This document shows, in pieces, positions 1 to 13,200 of a stretch of 64,000 nucleotides of DNA. Positions within the stretch are counted from its first letter, which is position 1, and the number at the start of each line of letters is the position of its first letter. Under the pieces are notes generated by a model. The model worked only from the letters and a program-made list of their open reading frames with translations. It was not told where the DNA came from and did not search any database. The position numbers were made by a program, and so were the translations under genes. This DNA is from Hyphochytrium catenoides (Eukaryota > Protista > Hyphochytriomycota), in NCBI GenBank assembly GCA_900088475.1, contig FLMG01003874.1:1-64000 (forward strand), written 5' to 3'.

Positions 1-19
1 GAGAGAGAGAGAGAGAGAG
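1..19. repeat. (GA)n microsatellite, cut by the window edge
   Basis: gagagagagagagagagag at the window start; the following 1.2 kb is rich in short GAT/ATC/CTA trinucleotide runs. Confidence 0.9.
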
Positions 20-1442
20 TCAGGAGCTTGTTGGAAAGGCCGCGATCTTTCCTCCTGCAGCTCCAACATAGCTGGCTGTTCCAATGGGGCAGCCTACCCA
101 CCCAGGCAACCACACTTGACATGCAAACACGACCTAATTCAAACCCACAGCCTGGTACAAACTAGATTCATACAGTCAAGTTGCTACACCCAGCTATCTG
201 CTGTCTGCGTGAGCTGACGGGCGGGTGTTGTTTGAAGCCCCTGAAACGTCTTTGCCCATCCATCCCTGACCGTTTCTACAAACCACCTTGCCATCTGCTG
301 GGAGGAGGAGACAGAAGAAGTAAGAAGAAGGAGGCGCTGTGTGGGACAATTATAAAGACGACGACAAGAAGGATGATGATGATGTTTCCAGCCAGCAGCA
401 GCAGTAGGTAGAGCTGCGAGACTCTTTCTTACCATTGAGCGTCCTCATATGCTAGCACTGCGGGCCATCATAATATGACGCACTACTACCTTCCTCTCCT
501 CCTTCTAGCACCAATTGCATTTGTTTGGAACAATGGTAGTCGGTTGTAGTAGGCACAGGGAGCTGCCCGATGATCGATGACCGTAGTATGTAGATTGCCT
601 CACGTGAGATTGGGTGCTAGAAGATGATGATGAAGGAGGAGCTGCTCTCCGCCAGATATTGTTATTCTTCGAAACAAAACGACGGGGGTTTTATATCACG
701 ATGTGAGGAGATGATCCCTATGTCAGCAGCAAGTCATCCTCCTCCACCACTATAGTAGTGAGCGAGGATAATATTTGATGAATCGCCACCTCATTCTTCA
801 GCACCACGTGTAGTATATACTACTAGATGGTATCATCCTGTCGTCATCATCGTTCATCAATCATCCACAACTCTATTAGTCTCCCGACGCACATAGCTTC
901 CGTCTGCCAAATGTTGGTGATAATAAATGATAAGCCTCCCGACTCATTAAGGCAATAATATCTTAGTTTAGTAGCAGTCTTCTCTTACTACTACTACTAC
1001 CACTACTAGGTCATGAGCTGCTACATGCTGATGATAAGCAACCGAACCCACCCAACTACTGTCCACCAGGACGAGGCGAGAAGAAGGGATAATAGAAGCG
1101 CTAGCTGATGATGATGATGGTACGGACGCCAGCATCATCATCATAATATCTTCTGCTCTGGAGTATTATATCTTCTTCTCCATTCTCCAACAACAACAAC
1201 TTCCATGTTTTTTCATCTCCACCCAAGAGCCACAGTCCTTGTGAAGGCTAATTACAAGTACCGGCAAGCTAGATAGAACTCGACAACTACTTGGTACACT
1301 TTGCGTGTAAGTAAACAGTGATGAGCAAGTACTTGGTGATGGCAAGTCTCTAATATACAGGACGTTAGCGGCTAGGATCATGTGTCTGGAACATCACTGC
1401 TACGACTACAACGCTCCAGCAGCCCCTTCACGTCCCAGTGTC

Positions 1443-1445
<3 letters not shown>

Positions 1446-1493
<48 letters not shown>
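1446..1493. repeat. (TC)n microsatellite, about 24 units
   Basis: Perfect TC run, upstream of the EDR2-like gene. Confidence 0.95.
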
Positions 1494-1497
<4 letters not shown>

Positions 1498-2008
1498 CCT
1501 CTCTTTCCAACGTGATGTTTATCATCTATCTACTCCGAAGGTTCAGGGCTAGAGTTCTCGAGCAAGGTAAACACTCCCCAAGTTTTTGGGACTCTGTCTC
1601 TCTCATCGGCAGCCCTGCATCGGTTATCTCACTTCTCTGCTTGTCTCTTTCTTCCGCAGCTCTCGGCTCTTGGTGTGGAGCTGATCAAATCTTCTCGAAC
1701 TACTTACTTCTATCTCGTTCCCTATCCAATCTACGGAATAGCACTGCCCAGCGTCGCCCATCTCCAGTGTTGCGGCCCGGGGTCGTGGGTACGTTGTTTG
1801 ACGAAGAACCTCTGCCGATGCTGGGAGAGGGTGGTAGGCGCTGGTTTTGGGTCCATACGTTGATACAGCTGCCGGTCAGCAAGGACATTCACTACTTACA
1901 TTAGATCAGTCTCCAAGTTCCGACTGAAGCAACTACAAAGGTCTGTTAGAGAATGTCTCCTAGTAGTAAGACTGACGATAAGATCAGTTTCTCACCTCTT
2001 GCCTGCAG

Positions 2009-4567
2009 ATGGATGGTTGGGTTACTCGTCGACGGGACAACCTTATGTGGGTGTGGTCTGACCGCTACCTGATCCTTGACGGCAACAAGTTGCTCATGTT
2101 TAAGAGAAAGACAGATCCGACACCTCGAAGAACGATATTGCTTACACCTTCCTGCAGTGTCCCCGACATAGTCGGATCCAGCGAGAGACATTCCCACAAG
2201 CACAACGAGTTTTGGATCCTCCGCCTCCAGTTTTCAGGTAAGGTCACTTTTTCAAGAATCAAAGTGAAGTCGTGACCCCGTTCGGACGATCTTCTTTTAA
2301 AGTCTTCATCCTAGTTGTCTCTACTCACTCTCTTCAAACTTTAGGCGGAGCACTGGATGAGCGTTCCGAGAAGGAGAAGTTCATTGAGTTCGGGATTAAA
2401 ACGAAGGAAGAAGCGATAAAGTGGAAAGCTGCTATAGAGAATGCGATTCAACTCTCGATAGCCCAACGAGAGGAACGGAAGCGCAGAGCTACATCAGGCA
2501 AAGATATCGGAAATACTCCAGCCACAGTCCAGGCGCTCCTCGAAGGTGATGGCTCTGTCGATAACGAGCCATTCCTTCCTTCTTCTGACCAATCTGTGGA
2601 GAGTGAGACACGGTGGGGAATCCTGCAAGTGGAGTCGGGTTTAAGGATTCTGAAAGAATACCCTCGCGACGATGAACTCTCTGCATCGAAGATCTTTGAC
2701 AATGCCAAGATGCACAATACAGTGACTAGTACGTCAATTGCGATTGGCATCGGCATTGCTGTTGTTCTTGGAGGATTAGGCCAGAGCGTTGTTATGGTTA
2801 TTGCAGCGTTCTGCCTCATTAGCCTTTTGGCCTTGGTCTTCCAAGTTGGCGCCATCCGCTTGGACACGGTACCATCATTGAAAGTGTCAGAGGTTGTACG
2901 GGGAGATCCAGAGACCGTGTTCAAGGTTATCTTGGATAATGAGCTTTGGCGGAGGTGGGATGGGGCGGCCGCCTCACAGCGTATTTTAGAGGAGGTTGAT
3001 GATCATACAGACGTTATTCATGTAGTCCTACGACCAGTATGGATTTGGCCACTTTTCTACATGCCCAGGGGTAAGATTCTCGACTTTGTTGGCCACGTTA
3101 GTGGAAAACTTACATTTTTTCATGCAGACCTAGTCCTTACTCGTTATTGGAGAAAGGAGGAAGATGGTACCTATCTAGTTATCTACCAGAGCACTTCGCA
3201 TGCCAAGGCAGAGCCGAGTGCCCGCTATGTGCGTGCCAACTTGGCCGCAGCTGCGTTTGTCATCGCACCGCGAAAGAGAGAGAAGGCCCAGTCAAGTGAT
3301 CAGGAGTCCATGCTCACCTATGTCATCCGATACGATCCGTGCGGGTGGGGTACCTGGTGGTCCAGATTTGGAAAGGGCCTTGACTTTGTTTTGCCACATC
3401 TCAGAAATGTGTTGGGTATCAAGGATGAGTTAGCCAACACTTACTTCATTGAGCCCGTCATCTCCACCTCCGGCACCGATCAAAAGAATATGCGGACCAG
3501 CGTCGATAATAGAGGTCTGGTGCTGGGAGTCAAGAAGCTGGAGTGTTCTGCAGCGAAGAAGTTCTGGGCAGAGCCTGACGCATCCAAGTTCCACGTTCGA
3601 GGTAGGCGCGTATATCCCATTAGGAGTCTGGTCGTGCTACCGAGTTCAAGATTCTTAGGCCTTTTTCGTCTGAATCCTTTCTGTTCCGAATCCTCTGCCG
3701 CAAGACTGCCTCTACAAAGAGTGGAGTCTCTGACGCCTACCTTTTTACTTTAGGGGAATCATACCTTAAAGACAGAAAGAAGGTACCAGCTGGCCATGCA
3801 GGCTTCAACTTGGTTGCCATTGATGTTCAGTCCTTTGAAGATACGAAGGACAGGATTAATATCGCTAGCCAGCCGCACAATCTGGTCTACCAGCTGAACA
3901 GTCAAAGCAAACCTGGAGACAATGAACCTCCTTTTACATTGGTCGTCAACTTTATAGTCCCCGGCAGTGATACCCTTGCCATCTCCTGCTACTTTCAGCC
4001 GACCGACCCTGATTGGAAGGAAAATCGCCCAGCTTTCGCTGACCTCTTTTCGGATTTTATGGATGCGGATGATGAATTTAGGAACCAAAGGTATGAGCTC
4101 TCATTTAGCGTGAGAGTTCTTTCACTACCTGCCCATCTAACACGATGTCAACTAGGTTCAAGCTCATACCAAGCATTGTTGAAGGAAGCTTTATTATCAA
4201 GCAGGCTGTCGGGACCAAGCCTGCGATTATAGGAAATAAGGGCCTTACGATGCGCTACTTTAAGGGGGACAACTGGTTTGAGATTGATATTGATATAGAC
4301 TCTGACCCTGTTGCACGGAACATTACAGGTGAGCGCTTGCCTTTGCCGTGTCTCTATGTACACCTCAGTATTTGTGACGGAGTCAATCTTTCAGGGATGT
4401 GTCTGGGGGTCACGAAGTCGTTAGTTGTCGATATGGCCTTCTTGATCGAAAGTCAGACGGAGGAAGAGCTGCCTGAGACTATTATTGGCGCGGCACGTTT
4501 CAACAGAATCGACCTCAAACAGTTTCGCAGAATTCCCAAGTCTATGAACTACACTGCTAGCTCGTAG
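2009..4567 (+). CDS. EDR2-like lipid-transfer protein (PH + START + DUF1336/EDR2_C), about 6 coding exons
   Basis: PH start 'MDGWVTRR..WSDRYLILDG'; START motifs 'RWD..ILEEVDDHTDVIH..PRDLVLTRYWRKEEDGTY'; DUF1336 motifs 'WAEPDASKFHVRG', 'FRNQRFKLIPSIVEG', 'DMAFLIESQTEEELPE'. Introns about 2238-2344, 3071-3127, 3602-3752, 4091-4156, 4329-4394. Upstream exons (e.g. 1905-1940) may extend the 5' end. Confidence 0.9.
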
Positions 4568-4770
4568 TGACTGCAAAGGGCATCCTTCGCTTAAGCTGCT
4601 TACCCCTAAATAAACTGCCTCCCACCTCTATGAACTACGCTGCTAGCTCGTAGTGACTGCAGAGCATCCTTCGCTGAAGCTGCGTACCCCTAACCCTAAA
4701 TAAACTTCCTCCCACCTCTATGGACTACACTGCTAGCTGGTACTGACTGCAAAAGGGAACCCTTCGCTGA
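4541..4770 (+). repeat. Tandem repeat of an 86-90 bp unit, about 2.6 copies, spanning the EDR2-like stop codon and 3' UTR
   Basis: Units start at 4541, 4627 and 4717 with tctatg(a/g)actac(a/g)ctgctagct(c/g)gta(g/c)tgactgca. Confidence 0.92.
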
Positions 4771-5191
4771 TGAAGCTTCATTATCCGTCAATGGTCTTCA
4801 GGGAGCAAACTTGCTCTGCTTTGGTGTGTTCTACAAGTAGCAGATCAGCCAGGAGATCTGAGACTTCCTGGGGATAACGGTTCTTTCCGATAATCACATT
4901 ATGAGCCTTGGTGATAACTGGTCAGCGTCATTGAGTAAATGTGGATTGAGCTCCTCCTTTACCGTACTTGGGCTCTCATCACACATGTCTTCTTTCTGAT
5001 GATAAATAATGAAGAAAAGCAGAACGACTTCATCTTCTGCCACTCTCGACTCTCGACTTGCCTTTGATCTACTCTTTGCCAGCAGCAGATGTCCATCATA
5101 GTACAGAAGAGCTAGAAAATTGTGACTGCAGGCCATGTTAGGGTCCGTCCGAAGACCGAGTAGTAGTTAGTTCATCCCAGAGCTGATCACC

Positions 5192-6675
5192 ATGATGTCC
5201 CTGGTAGCAGATTACTCAAGTGACAGCCATGGGGAGGAGGAGCTTGCATCTGGAGGCGCGACCACACAGCAGGGTGTAGTGCGTCTACACGAAGCTTCAG
5301 AAAAGTAGGGATCGCTTAATCGCTTTGATCTCACACTGCCACTGACAAGTGTATGGTTGTAGATTCGAGGCATCACTACCCAAGAATCCAGCGCCTGAAT
5401 TTCCTTCTGAAGTGCCTGAGGAGAAGAAAAGGTTCTCTTCTTCACCTGTAAAGGTTACAAGCCTCAGTGCCTTGCCACCCCCCAAGTCAAAGGGTCTTGA
5501 CGGCACAAGGAAGAAGAGGAAGAAGACCAAAATAAAATTTTTGCCGGATGAAGTCAGGGAGCTACTGCAGAAAAGGAATCTTGACAGTGAAGATGAAGAC
5601 GATCTACCAACCGAGAAGAGAGGTCCTGAGGTAAACGTGATTGCACCTCATGATCGTGATGATGATGCATCCGCTGGGCTTCTGGGGGCGTTGCCGGCTC
5701 CAAAGGTAAGCTACACATACCGAAGTAATGTGAACGAAGGGATGGTTAAGATATTGCTCGTAGCGAGAGCCGAAGAGTTCAGGAAGAATCAACCTTGGTA
5801 CGGAAGCGCTATCATCCATACACAACCAACCTGCAAGCTCATCTGAGGCACTCGTGGAAAGCACAGCTTACACAGAGACAACGAGAGCGTCGGCATCCAT
5901 GCCAGCGTAAGTTTTCAACCATTGGAATAGGAAAAAATACATTGCGCGTGACCCCACCTGTCAGGAATGAAGCCGTGGAAAGTGAGTACGGATCAAACAT
6001 TGCCTATTATGGGGATCAGCAGTACCTCTACGAAGCGACGGAGAGCGCAAGCTTCGATGCTTATGAAGATCACCACACAGTAAGCAAGCTCAATTCTGTG
6101 TAGCGCTCGACAGTGCTAATTGTATTGGCACAGAATAAGACTACAAGAAAGCGACAACGGGATCTTGAAATGTTGTTGCAACAAGGGAACGTTGAAGGCT
6201 TACAGGTGTAGCTCTTCGTCAAAGGTTGACGAAAAGGCACGTTGTGCTAACCCTTTACCAGGTTCATGAGGTGCAAGGGTTCGCGGGGGCTACGGATTGG
6301 AAGCCGACTGATGCGGGCAGCACAGTCAATACAGGGCAGGTAGAAATCGTACCAATTGGTTAAACACGCCAGACATGCAGAAGCTAACCTCTCCTGAACA
6401 GCTAAAAGTCGCAGCAAAAGTCTGGAACCCTAGAGCTGGGACTGAGACCGTCACTCTCAAACCAACAAGGCAAGATAGGCATAGCACCTCGTTCTGAACT
6501 TCCGCTTACACCACGCTACCGATCTCCCTGTGCCTATCTCCGCAGGGTGCAACGGCGCAAACATCAAATTAATCAACTCGCTTACGATGCGAAGGCTAGG
6601 GAGCTCGAACTCCTTGAAAGGTCTGCAAGTGGAATGAGAACCAAGGCCCAGACGCGCGCAAAGTACGGATGGTGA
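5192..6675 (+). CDS. PRCC: PRCC-like proline-rich (spliceosome-associated) protein, multi-exon
   Basis: N-terminus 'MMSLVADYSSDS'; last exon 'RRKHQINQLAYDAKARELELLERSASGMRTKAQTRAKYGW*' matches the conserved PRCC C-terminal domain. Confidence 0.85.
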
Positions 6676-6864
6676 CGAAGAGATGACACTACATCTCCAA
6701 GAGCTATTTATGACAGTAGGCTCCAGGCGGCTGACACTACTAATGATACTGAGATGAGTGAATGCCACAGAATAGGTGTGCTCTCTCACTAAAAGCAGAG
6801 GGTGACAGTCAGAAGTTTATTACGCTGCGCCGGCCTTCCTGTACAATATTTTAGGCGTAACCAC

Positions 6865-7371
6865 CTAGTAATCGTCACCACCACCGCCGAACATATCCAT
6901 GCCTCCTCCAAGATCAGCCTCCTCTTCTTCCTCCTCCTTCTCCGCTGGCTTAGCAGCAGCAGCAGCGCCGCCAGCACCCCCAGCAGGAGCGGCAGCAGCA
7001 GGGCCAGAGCCTAGCAAAACCATTGTCAGTTGAGGATAGAGCATAGAGCCAAATGGGCTCAAAGTTTAGTCTTTGGCACTTCCAGATGGCATACCAGCAG
7101 ATGGTCCAGCTAGCAGAGAATCGATGTCGGGGATCTTGGACGCCAGAGAGGCGAAAAGAGGAGCCCAGTAAGGAGCAACCTCAACCCCGGCCGCCTAACC
7201 GAGCGTTCTCTTAGTACGGCAAAAAGATCAGGTCACATTAGTAGCACCAACCTTGATAGCAGCTTCAATGTTCTCTGCCGAGATCTCTACGCCAGAGTCA
7301 TGAAGAAGGAGAGTGGCAAGAGATACTGCCAGCTCGTCCTTCTGGTTGCCGCTAAGCTCCGTGATTGACAT
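6865..7371 (-). CDS. RPLP1: 60S acidic ribosomal protein P1, 3 exons
   Basis: 'ELAVSLATLLLHDSGVEISAENIEAAIK/AAGVEVAPYWAPLFA', Ala-rich hinge, acidic tail 'EEEEEEADLGGGMDMFGGGGDDY'. Confidence 0.95.
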
Positions 7372-8785
7372 GGTGTTACTGCAACAACAAAACACGTTCA
7401 CCACCTTATCATTGACAAGAAGACGCAAGCAGAAAGCCTACCTGTTGAATGGCTCTGTCTACTGAACTCAGTTTAAGCTCGAGGCGGAGTGCAGTCGTGA
7501 GAGTGCCAGAGAAATCGTCAGAAGGCCCCAAAGCTCCATCAAAGAAGTTCCGGTCGCATCTGAGAGCTCAGTCACTTTCCGCTAGCTGCGCGCCACTCAC
7601 CAACACCGCTGATGGCAATAGTAGTACCCCGTCCAGATAGCCGCCTAATAGCTACATTAGATGGCAGTAGTAATACAGCTAAGTCCGGCGGCTCCAATTA
7701 CACCAATCAATCAACATGATTGCATCTCAAAGATAGATCACGCCACTGATAACTAGAGTTGCAGCAATCTGACAGCAAACGGCAAGTAAGCGGAAGGAGA
7801 GGAACAACGTGATGATGTGATGATGATGATGAATAATGATGATGAAGAGACAGAACTACGAGAACTACTCTGAACTCTGAAGCAGATCTTCCAGGGATTG
7901 AAAGACCAGTTGATTCCTAGGACTGTTCTAGCAAGCACGAGTCTCTCTCTGTCTGGAGTTCATCAATCTCCGCTTCTGACAGTTCTGTGTCACGATGTAA
8001 CCATAGGCTTCTAAGCGCTTCCTAATTAAAAATTAGGGCTCACGCTGACCACGGGTCAGGCAAGGTCTCCTCTCTCAGTCCCGAAAGTCCGACGGTGCAA
8101 GGGGCCTATCCATCTCTCTGTAACAGAGATGAACGGACTTCAGGAGACGACTGGGTCCTTTCCCTGTACACGTTTTGCTGTTGGCAGAGTTGACAAGTAG
8201 ATAATGGACAGGCCCGGACGACCTAATGAAGGAAGTATTTTTAAAAAGCGTTTGCGAGCATTGATGAGACCTGCAGTCCACGACCTTGAGAAGTTTGGCC
8301 CTGGCCACATGATCTTTCAGTTACCCAAGGAGATTTAGTATATCAACTGATCCTGCGCCATCTCCATCCACCAAAGACTCGCACCTCGTACATGTGTATC
8401 TTCCTGGGCTTGACGCTTCATACCATTACAAACGATATCGAAGGGTTATTGTACGCCCAACTAAGGGCTAATAGCCCAACTTTCGACCTGCCTGCCAGTT
8501 ATTGGGAACGCCACCAGCACTGGCGGAGGGAATCGGCGTGAAATGGCCTCATTTGCTGTCTGACCACCAGCCCTTTCATGAGAGGAATATTCTTCATCGC
8601 CCCAGACTAACCACGATTAGTAAAGGGCACCTATCGCCAGCGGAACTAAATAAACTCAGCAGCCCGCAGTATAACCAGTCCGAAGCTGCTTCCTTAGGCC
8701 ACCGGTTGGTCCGATGGCGTAGCCTTCAAGACTCCTTGTGTTCGGTTGAGAGATTTGGGGTGTCTCCCTATACAGTTCATTTGTG

Positions 8786-9617
8786 CTACGACACTAATAT
8801 GGCCTCGCGTTTCATCGTCTCCACCGAAAACTTGACTAGAAATACAGTTGTGTCTGGCAGTCCTGCGCCGCCATCCACTGTGATTGCTGAGACTTTGGCA
8901 GTCTGTCCACGTCGAAGGATTCATCAATGAGCGAATGAGTAGCACGGCAGCCATCATTGGTTTGCACTTACAAATCCTGCACCACCTAGGACGCCTTTGA
9001 TTATGCCAGCAATGTAGGCTGCGCAGTTTAGCTGGCCGAGATCAGGAGGCACTGAGATGAACTTATTTGTTAGGGGCTCCCTCTCCCTGATCATGTCTGT
9101 TGTGCAAATCGATATCTTAGTCCAGCATGTTATTCCGCGACCCATGGAGCTGGGATGGCTTACATTCATCTTCATTCTCAGTACTCCTCTCAAGCGCATC
9201 AGCAGCCTTTCCAAAAAGACCTTTCCACACCGAAGTGACCACAAACTACAGACAGGCACATTATCACAATCCGCTTTGCTCCAGAAAGGCTCTTTTCGCC
9301 TTACCTGCATCATCGAGAGGAGTCTTGTCTCTCTCCTTGCACCCTTCTCCCGATAAACAATAAGCTCTAAGGTTTTGAGGCCCACCGAGTAGCCAGCATC
9401 CTCCAGCCTAGGTGTTTGTCAGCGGCTGTTCCTCCACCAACAGAAAAGACGTGCCTAGAACCTACCGCTTTTCTAAATCCGAGATGTTCTGGACTCTGTT
9501 CTGGCAATATTGCACCAGCTCCGAGAAGAGGAAAGAAAAGGCACTAAGACTCACTTCCCCTTTCCCGCGGCTAAGTGGCCGGTCAACAATATTGATCTTA
9601 GCCCTCCGAGCATCCAT
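8786..9617 (-). CDS. TRAPPC5: TRAPP complex subunit 5 (Trs31), multi-exon
   Basis: 'IVDRPLSRGKGEVSLSAFSFLFSELVQYCQ', 'RRETRLL', 'EPLTNKFISVPPDLGQLNCAAYIAGIIKGVL', last exon 'AKVSA..TVFLVKF'. Confidence 0.95.
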
Positions 9618-10272
9618 GCTAACCGCCAACAAAGTGTGATCTACGATGCACAGCGCCAACAACGAGATCTATGTTCTGTTGTCATCCACCAACCTCCTTT
9701 GCAGCTGTCTCATCAAGTTCGTCAGTTGCTCCTCCTAGACTCTTTGAACTATATCTTGTGACTCCATTCTGCAGACATTGCCATCGACAAGTGCAGTCTT
9801 CATCAGCTCCAGACACCAAGCCCGTCTGGTGGAGTTTCTCTCATGATGGATCGGCCCAGCTGCTGCTTGACAACAAACAAAGGGACAAAGTGAACAGCAT
9901 TCCACAGATGCACCCCTGTACACCTTGCCACCACTTACATCCAGCATCCAGCCTGCGATATTCGCGTTAGCACTTATCCAGATTGAGAATAGTTTCTAAT
10001 TGAAGTTTCTTCAGAGATCCTTCGTTGCTTGCGCTTCCATCTTCCATCTTCCATCCATCTCTCCATCATCCTTCGGCACCGTCCCTGCCTGATGGGTCCG
10101 AGGACACAAAGAGGCGTCAATCAACGCTAGCGGCGATGCCGCTGCTCCTCGGCTGAGTCTCTCTTCGTCTTCTTTTGAAGTAAGATACCGAGGCTGGGAT
10201 CAGTTTTTCCATCTGCATCCACTGCACGTCGTGTAGCCCGTTGCTGGTGTTTAATAAGGCGCTATAAATGAC

Positions 10273-13200
10273 ATGGCGGACAAAGGCCTAAGGAAGCGGA
10301 GCGCTAGGCGCAGCTCTGGAAGCCTGGATGAAGACAAGACAATAATCGACAACACTGGAAGCGAGAAGAGGTCTGCTTGAGATCTCCTCTAAGATGCGAA
10401 AAACCGGTACTAACAATCTATTCCTCATAATAGCCAATCACTCCGCGGGTTGCAAACGAACCTTGAGGTTACTGCCCTATGTGGGCTCATACTCAGCGTC
10501 TACATAAGGACCCTGTACCCTTCTATACCCGGAGGAGACAGGTATCTCTCAAGTCGAGTTAATATTGGCCAGTGATACGGCTCTGACAGGGCCCTCTCTT
10601 CTCTTCTTCGCCATTCTCTTACCTCCTTTGGTCTCTCTCTATATCCTGCCCCTGCTTTACTAGCGGCGAACTCGTAGCTGAAGGGTGTAAGCTGGGCATC
10701 GCACACCCTCCTGGCTATCCGTTGTTGACTCTCCTTAACTATCTGGTTACAATGCCATCAATTCCTTATCGCACACCTGCCTGGGCCGCAAACCTGCTCT
10801 CTGCATGTAAGTGAGATTCGGCCGCCACGTCGCCTTGTGCAGACTTGTTTCAACGGGTCCTAACTCCTTTGTCCGGTTACAATCATCACTTATCAAGGTC
10901 TGGATACGGCTTGTGCCATCCTGATCTTTCTATCTGTCAAGATGATGGCAGGTGACAACAGCACGATAGCGTCCATGGCTGCTGCTACTGCTGCGGTATG
11001 AAGCTACAGCAACGATTTGATTCCTGAGGCTAGCAATTGACCTCATCGTCTCCCAAACACGTGCAGGTCACATTCGCCTTCTCCCCTCTTATCTGGATGT
11101 ACGCAGTTGGAGCCGAAGTCTTTGCGCTCAACAACTTCTTTGCGGCCTTACTGACCTATCAGGCACTACGCTTTGCTAAATCAAGGAGTGCCAAAGATGC
11201 GATGCTTGGCGCATTCTTTTCAGGCTTGGCGCTAACAAACCAACATACCATCATACTCTTCGAGATACCATTGGTGGTTTGGGTTCTATGGATTAGGAGG
11301 AAGGTAACCAATATTAAATAGTACAGCTACCACTGGAGAGCCGCTTTCATAACTGACAACTACTCACCCTAACTGATAGTCAATGACATGGACTGAGCTA
11401 GGAAAGCTCACTCTTTGCTATCTCCTAGGGCTCATGCCGTAAGTGTACAAGTCTCTTGGCGTTCATCTTTTCCATATTCTCTATGTGTTTGCTGGCGAAC
11501 GGCAGTGATAGCTTACGTTGCACTCGTGCCATTTGGTCCACGGCAATCCTTTCGCCAGGAAGACCGCCTGTATGAGGTTCCATTACATATAATCACGGCC
11601 GTCCCTTGGTACTAGGGGAAGCTTGACCCTCCTCCACTAGCTATCACTCTCTTTGTCTCTACTTATCACTCTCCTCTTTCTGCTATTTAGTCTAACGTGA
11701 GGTGTTGGTCGGCCACAGCTATCTCTACCTTCCAATATCGGCGCATCTCAATCCGCAGGCCGGCGCCTGGGGAAACTTGAAAACAGTTACTGGTTTTATA
11801 CATCACTTCAGAAGAGGAGGTAAGAATACAAGGTGTAGGATTCCTGCCCTAACAAGAGAAGGATCAAGGGAAGGGAGGGTCAAAAAGCCTAGACTTCCAC
11901 AAAGCGGACTGACTCGGGCCTACTTCAGATTATGGGACGTTTAGACTATTCTCAAGGGATCAAAAGACTGAAGGTCTAGCTGAGAGGCTCTACGCCTATG
12001 CCATAGATCTGACTACCAAAGAGGTAGGTGAAGGGGCCGATATTTTCGCTCCCAGCTTCGTCCCCTAAAGGTCCTATTTAGGCGCTTTACATAATTATCC
12101 CTTTTATTATTTGGGGTGTCTGGGCATCCTGTCGGCTACCTAGAACGGAGTCGATCTCGAAGAAAGAGGATGAACGTCGCTCTAGTCGCAGCAAAGCTAC
12201 CCAGACTCTGAGACCATCCAGCTTTTCAGTGGGAAGGCTACTGCTAATGATGTATCTTTTCTATATGGTCAGTCTCGCTTCAATGTCTTTGACTTCTGCT
12301 TGTCGTCCCCAGTCCACCGCTTTAGTGTCTACCTCTTCTCCACCTCCAGCCAGTATCGTGTTGCCGGACAGTCAATCTTCAAGACACGTAGCTTCATACA
12401 TCTGACGCATGCCTTCACTGTAGATCGTTTTCCATTCTCTATCAAATATGCCGATGCGTGATCCACTGCTCTATGGAGTACAGATGCGCTTCTGGCAGCA
12501 GCCTAACATCCTTTGTTTCCTCTGGGCTGGAGTTGGATTCTTCCACTTCTTTACCATGCTAAATCAGAAGACAGGTCAGGAGAGCATAAATTTTATTATA
12601 GCGTTCCAACTCTTGCCGACAGGACAGAAAACGTGCTGGTAAATGATTTCTTGGACGAGAGAACTAAGCGCTAATCCGTTCCGGTATAGGAAACATATTT
12701 GGAAGTATAACCTCGGCCCTGCTAGCCTGTGGACTCGGTCTGGCACAGCTATTGCGATGGTATCACGTCTCAGACCAGAGCAGCAATTGGTACGAAATCA
12801 GCTCACCCTAGAAATAGTCTCTCTCGGTCGCTAACATGCTTCATTATAGCTCGGTGGCTTCCTTGTGGTTGACATCAATCTTCCGATCAGTCCTACTAGA
12901 ACTACTATTCTGTCTTCTGAAGGTCCAGGCTTCCTTCACCATTGTTGTCTTGGCGCCTTACCGTCAATATGCTCTGATGGTGTCTCACCCAAACGATATA
13001 TTAAGGTACTTGCAAAGCTATGCCAAAAGCATTCTTGAGCCTCTCCCACCAGGAGCCTTGCTGCTCTCAAACTACGATATGCAGTGGACTTCTTTGAGAT
13101 ACGTGCAGAGATGCGAAGGCTTCCGGTAAGCAGACTAAATTAGTCAAATTATATTAGAGTTCGTTATCTGCCCTCTGCCAAAGAGCTGCTCCCTCAGGGT

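Noticed and set aside
1380-1904. 174-aa ORF as a protein gene
   Set aside because: It reads through the (TC)n microsatellite and intron-like sequence. It is more likely the spliced 5' region of the EDR2-like gene.
4541-4770. CRISPR-like array
   Set aside because: These are whole-unit tandem copies without unique spacers, in a eukaryotic context with no cas genes.
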